A stretch of DNA of 64,000 nt from contig CBDFNP010000009.1 in assembly GCA_965250255.1 (NCBI GenBank), positions 127,722-191,721 of the forward strand. Reading direction: 5' to 3'. This DNA is from Rhizobiaceae bacterium (lineage in GTDB: Bacteria; Pseudomonadota; Alphaproteobacteria; Rhizobiales; Rhizobiaceae). Each line of letters starts with the position of its first letter. Positions within the stretch are counted from its first letter, which is position 1. The notes beneath the pieces are model-generated. The model searched no databases. It worked only from the letters and a program-made list of their open reading frames with translations, and was not told where the DNA came from. The translations under genes and the position numbers were made by a program. Below, one piece after another: positions 60,958 through 64,000 of the stretch.

Positions 60958-61222
60958 ATACCAACGGCCATTAGGATTTACTCTTTTGACCAGGAATTAT
61001 TTTGGCTTTGGTTAGGCGCGATTGGCGAAGGGGTGCGGCGTACCATGAGCTAATTGCAACACGGCCAAAACCAAAAGAAACCTGGCCTGCGGTGCTCCAA
61101 AATTGCCCACCGGATCCGTGTTATGCCTCTTGACCAATGCGTTTTACATTGCACTTCGAGGCCTGCCTTGCCGGTAAACAATTTTGGAACATCAAAAGGG
61201 TCAATCCTAATGGCCGTTGGTA
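60958..61222 (+). mobile_element. MITE copy 2 (265 bp)
   Basis: ATACCAACGGCCATTAGGATT ... AATCCTAATGGCCGTTGGTAT (perfect 21-bp TIRs). Same orientation as copy 1, with a 14-bp internal indel. Confidence 0.8.
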
Positions 61223-61264
61223 TAAGGTACGCATTGTCGCTGTTTGGATTGAACGCAAAACGCT

Positions 61265-62593
61265 CTACTGTGTTCTCAGTGACAGTTTTACAAATATCGG
61301 ATCCCGGGGTCTCAACGTGCCGTGAAAGTCCAGATCGATTGGAACATCTTTTTCCAGCTTCCAATCGAAAGTTCTTGCAACCATCGCAACAGCAATCACC
61401 AACTCAACCATCGCAAAATGCTTTCCAAGGCAAATTCTCGGGCCAGCTCCAAATGGTGCAAAAGCACCTCTATGTGTTGTACGTTTTGCAAAAGGGGGTG
61501 AAAGCGTCGGTCGGAACTCTTCACCTGCAGCCCAGTATTCCGGGTTGCGCTGTGCAATATATGGACAAACAATCAGCATGCTGTTTTTGCGCACTTCATG
61601 ACCTTCGATTGTACAATCGACATTCGTCTGCCGTGCCATCAACGCCACAGGTGGATACAACCGTAGAGCCTCGTTGACCACATCCGTTGTAAACGGCAAT
61701 CGCCGCGTCATCTCTTCGGTACGGTCCGGCTTTACTAAATCAGCAGCTTCCTGGCGAATTGTTTCAAGCACATCCTGATCTTGCGACAACATATGCATGA
61801 CAAAAGTCATGGTTCTTGCAGTTGTTTCAAAACCCGCAAAATACAAGCTGATCACCTCATCGCGGAGTAATTTTCGGTCATTTCCGCGAAGTGCAGCAAA
61901 GATCTTGCAATTCATACCATCAGTGGTGGACCGGGATTCAGATTCGTCGATAAGTTTATCGATGAAGGCTTCGATTGTAGCCAGTGCTTGCTTGAATTTC
62001 CGGTTGTCGCGGGTTGGGATGAATAGGGGCGCACGAATGGGTTCTGCAGTAATATCTGCCACAAACCCGAACGCAAATTCGAAGGCATCTACGATTTTGT
62101 CATGTCCTTGGGCAAGATCCACACCAAACGCAGCTTGTGAAATGACCCGCATCGTAAGACGGGTCATTGCGTGACCAATGTCAACCGGCTGCTTGCCTTT
62201 CGTCAATGTCTTGAGTTCGTCCATTCCAAGTTCGCACGCTTCAAAAACCGAGGAGGAATAGGCATTGATTGCACCAGGTGAAAACAGCGGATTGAGTTTT
62301 TGACGTTGATCAGACCAATGCTCTTTGTCGGTGGTAATAAGGCCTTCACCCAATAAGATGCGCAATCCTGAGTAGCCAAGACCTTTTCGCATAATCTTGT
62401 TTTGGGAAACAAAGACATCATAGATTGCCGCCGGTGAGGCAAAAAACCAGATGTCCATAAGGCCGAGATTGAATTTTATTGTGTCGCCATATTTATCGTG
62501 CGCATTACACCAAAATGTCAAAGGATCAGTGTCACGCATTGCGCGCAATTCGCTAAAAACGGATAGCCCAGATGGACCCGGTACCTGCTTCAT
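61265..62593 (-). CDS. cytochrome P450 (CYP4/CYP102-like soluble class)
   Basis: 442 aa with the heme-binding loop FAPFGAGPRICLGKHFA and an EGLITTDKEHW region. No redox partner lies adjacent. Confidence 0.9.
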   Translation of the reverse strand: MKQVPGPSGLSVFSELRAMRDTDPLTFWCNAHDKYGDTIKFNLGLMDIWFFASPAAIYDVFVSQNKIMRKGLGYSGLRILLGEGLITTDKEHWSDQRQKLNPLFSPGAINAYSSSVFEACELGMDELKTLTKGKQPVDIGHAMTRLTMRVISQAAFGVDLAQGHDKIVDAFEFAFGFVADITAEPIRAPLFIPTRDNRKFKQALATIEAFIDKLIDESESRSTTDGMNCKIFAALRGNDRKLLRDEVISLYFAGFETTARTMTFVMHMLSQDQDVLETIRQEAADLVKPDRTEEMTRRLPFTTDVVNEALRLYPPVALMARQTNVDCTIEGHEVRKNSMLIVCPYIAQRNPEYWAAGEEFRPTLSPPFAKRTTHRGAFAPFGAGPRICLGKHFAMVELVIAVAMVARTFDWKLEKDVPIDLDFHGTLRPRDPIFVKLSLRTQ

Positions 62594-62701
62594 AGTGAAA
62601 ATCTAGTCGTGATCCATTTGGGCAATAAGCGATGCATTCACAAAATTCTCATTCTAACCTAAACACAATTGATACCGATTTTCGGGCAAACGCAACCCAT
62701 T

Positions 62702-62775
62702 CTTGTTTGTAAAACTAACGGGCTTGTTTGTAAAACTAACGGGCTTGTTTGTAAAACTAACGGGCTTGTTTCATT
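62702..62775. repeat. 22-bp tandem iteron CTTGTTTGTAAAACTAACGGGC x3 plus a partial unit
   Basis: Three perfect copies at 62702, 62724 and 62746, about 110 bp upstream of the P450 start and just after the crp/fnr stop. Confidence 0.9.
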
Positions 62776-62790
62776 TGGTAAATGCGGTTT

Positions 62791-63489
62791 CTATGTGGTC
62801 CGGTCATCAATCAGACGGTTGGGTTTGGCTAGATCCGTCAGAGCATCCACGTCCTCCAGTTTTATACGTGAACCATCAACCACCACTCCATAGGGTTTCA
62901 GGGTATTAAACGCCCGTGAAAGGTTCTCGGGCGTCATCCCCAACAGTGAAGCCATGATCTTTTTGTCTTGCGGAAGTGCGAGGCTTCCCTTGCTTCCCTG
63001 ATCCTTATGGTATTTCAACAGCCGATTGGCCAGCCGCTCCACAGTTGTACGCAGCTTGAGATCTTTGTGCTCCTTTACGACCGCTCGGTAGCAGCTGGCA
63101 AGTTCGGTCACCAGCGCCCTTGAAAATGCGACGTCCTTTTCAAATGCCGTGCGGACATCTTCTGATGGTATCATCAGCACTTTGGATCGTTTGCTTGTCC
63201 TGGCAGACATCAAATAGAGCGCATCCTCCAAAACCGCTGCCAGTATAAAGCAGCCGATGGGGCGAACCATTGCCAGGGACGTTTCCCGGCCATTGGATTG
63301 CCCAAAGAGTTCAACACATCCCGCGACAACGATGTACAGAAAATCGGCAGGGTCGCCTTCTTTGATCAACTCCACCTGTGCGGGAAAAGTTTGCAGGTAA
63401 GCTGCATTTACAAGTTCATCAAAATTATTCGAATCCATTGAACCGAACAGTTCGAGGGATCTGACTTCGGGAACATCATCTGCGCGCAT
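62791..63489 (-). CDS. Crp/Fnr-family transcriptional regulator, Dnr/NnrR-like (no N-terminal Cys cluster)
   Basis: A cNMP-binding-like domain plus the C-terminal HTH ...MASLLGMTPENLSRAFNTLKPYGV. ATG 63489 is preferred. The ORF track starts at TTG 63528. Confidence 0.85.
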   Translation of the reverse strand: MRADDVPEVRSLELFGSMDSNNFDELVNAAYLQTFPAQVELIKEGDPADFLYIVVAGCVELFGQSNGRETSLAMVRPIGCFILAAVLEDALYLMSARTSKRSKVLMIPSEDVRTAFEKDVAFSRALVTELASCYRAVVKEHKDLKLRTTVERLANRLLKYHKDQGSKGSLALPQDKKIMASLLGMTPENLSRAFNTLKPYGVVVDGSRIKLEDVDALTDLAKPNRLIDDRTT

Positions 63490-63636
63490 GGAATGCCTTT
63501 TGATAATAGTCAAGTTGCTAATTGACAAATGTAAGGCAACAAGCCTGCAGGATCAATCGGGTCTTTTGATTGTTTTTCCACGCTCCACTAACCGCTGTCA
63601 CTATTCTCCTTGTTTCTCGATTAAACCCGCGGCTGC

Positions 63637-63650
63637 TTGATCCAGATCAA
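63637..63650. promoter_or_regulatory. FNR/Dnr-type box TTGATCCAGATCAA
   Basis: A perfect TTGAT-N4-ATCAA palindrome whose 5' end lies 87 bp upstream of the narK ATG. Confidence 0.6.
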
Positions 63651-63723
63651 CAAAATTCCCCGGTCCTCCATGCATTGCTGGGTTTGAAATCAATTTTCGA
63701 TTTCTGATTGCAGGGAGCTTGTG

Positions 63724-64000
63724 ATGGACGTCCATTATAGAATTTCAACCACCGATCAATATCGCGCACTTGGATTGAGTACCTTTGCGTTCACAGTCTG
63801 CTTTGCAGTCTGGACGATATTTTCGATCATCGGAGTGAAGATCAAAGGCGACTTGGGATTGAATGACACCCAGTTCGGGCTTCTTGTGGCAACGCCGGTC
63901 CTGACCGGTTCGATCAGCCGGATATTCCTGGGAATCTGGACAGAACAGTTTGGCGGTCGCCTCATGTTCCCGCTACAGATGCTGATTACCGCCATCGCCG
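63724..64000 (+). CDS. narK: NarK-family MFS nitrate/nitrite transporter, N-terminal part (runs off the window)
   Basis: Own translation: MDVHYRISTTDQYRALGLSTFAFTVCFAVWTIFSIIGVKIKGDLGLNDTQFGLLVATPVLTGSISRIFLGIWTEQFGGR... Not in the ORF track because no stop lies inside the window. Confidence 0.75.
   Translation, partial: MDVHYRISTTDQYRALGLSTFAFTVCFAVWTIFSIIGVKIKGDLGLNDTQFGLLVATPVLTGSISRIFLGIWTEQFGGRLMFPLQMLITAIA

Noticed and set aside
62702-62775. The 22-bp repeats considered as a mini-CRISPR or as coding repeats (ORFs 62669-62893 and 62703-62909).
   Set aside because: The repeats are contiguous with no spacers. The overlapping ORFs only translate the repeat itself (VCKTNGL x3) and run antisense into the Crp/Fnr gene.

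Overview
This 64-kb window reads like a chromosomal segment from an alphaproteobacterium. That assignment is inference, based on a RirA-type iron regulator, a PuuD/PuuE-type urate pathway and serine-cycle-type mtkAB-mcl genes. Nt 1-51,700 is tightly packed core metabolism; my hand counts on sample 60-nt lines give 48-53% G+C. It holds two BMP-family ABC importers, a large purine-catabolism supercluster, an fbpAB iron importer with rirA, and a second three-subunit XDH-family molybdenum hydroxylase followed by a broken MoaD-like gene. The supercluster contains xdhABC, uraH, puuD, a puuE-uraD fusion, ureidoglycine aminohydrolase, allA, guaD, an 8-oxoguanine-deaminase-like amidohydrolase and a LysR regulator. 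Also present are three alpha-only Rieske oxygenases, potFGHI, and a malyl-CoA lyase / malate thiokinase module. Nt 44.6-62.8 kb carries the mobile and accessory content. One IS1595-family copy, with an 8-bp target duplication, splits a trimethylamine-dehydrogenase-family gene. A second, about 99% identical copy lies 10.2 kb downstream. Between them is an AT-rich island (33-35% G+C on sampled lines). Its main gene is an orphan ORF of about 844 codons, cut in two by an IS5-family element; removing the IS and one CTAA target copy restores the frame exactly. To the right are three families of highly structured intergenic repeats, an IS4-like remnant, and two copies of a roughly 270-bp MITE. The MITEs bracket a FadL-like porin and a degenerate WS/DGAT-like acyltransferase. 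Next come a P450 gene with a triple 22-bp iteron upstream, a Dnr/NnrR-like Crp/Fnr regulator, and a perfect FNR box in front of a partial narK. I saw no rRNA, tRNA, CRISPR array or recognisable defence system. The strongest candidate for something undescribed is the IS-split orphan gene and its island. All family assignments come from motif recognition by eye, not from database searches.
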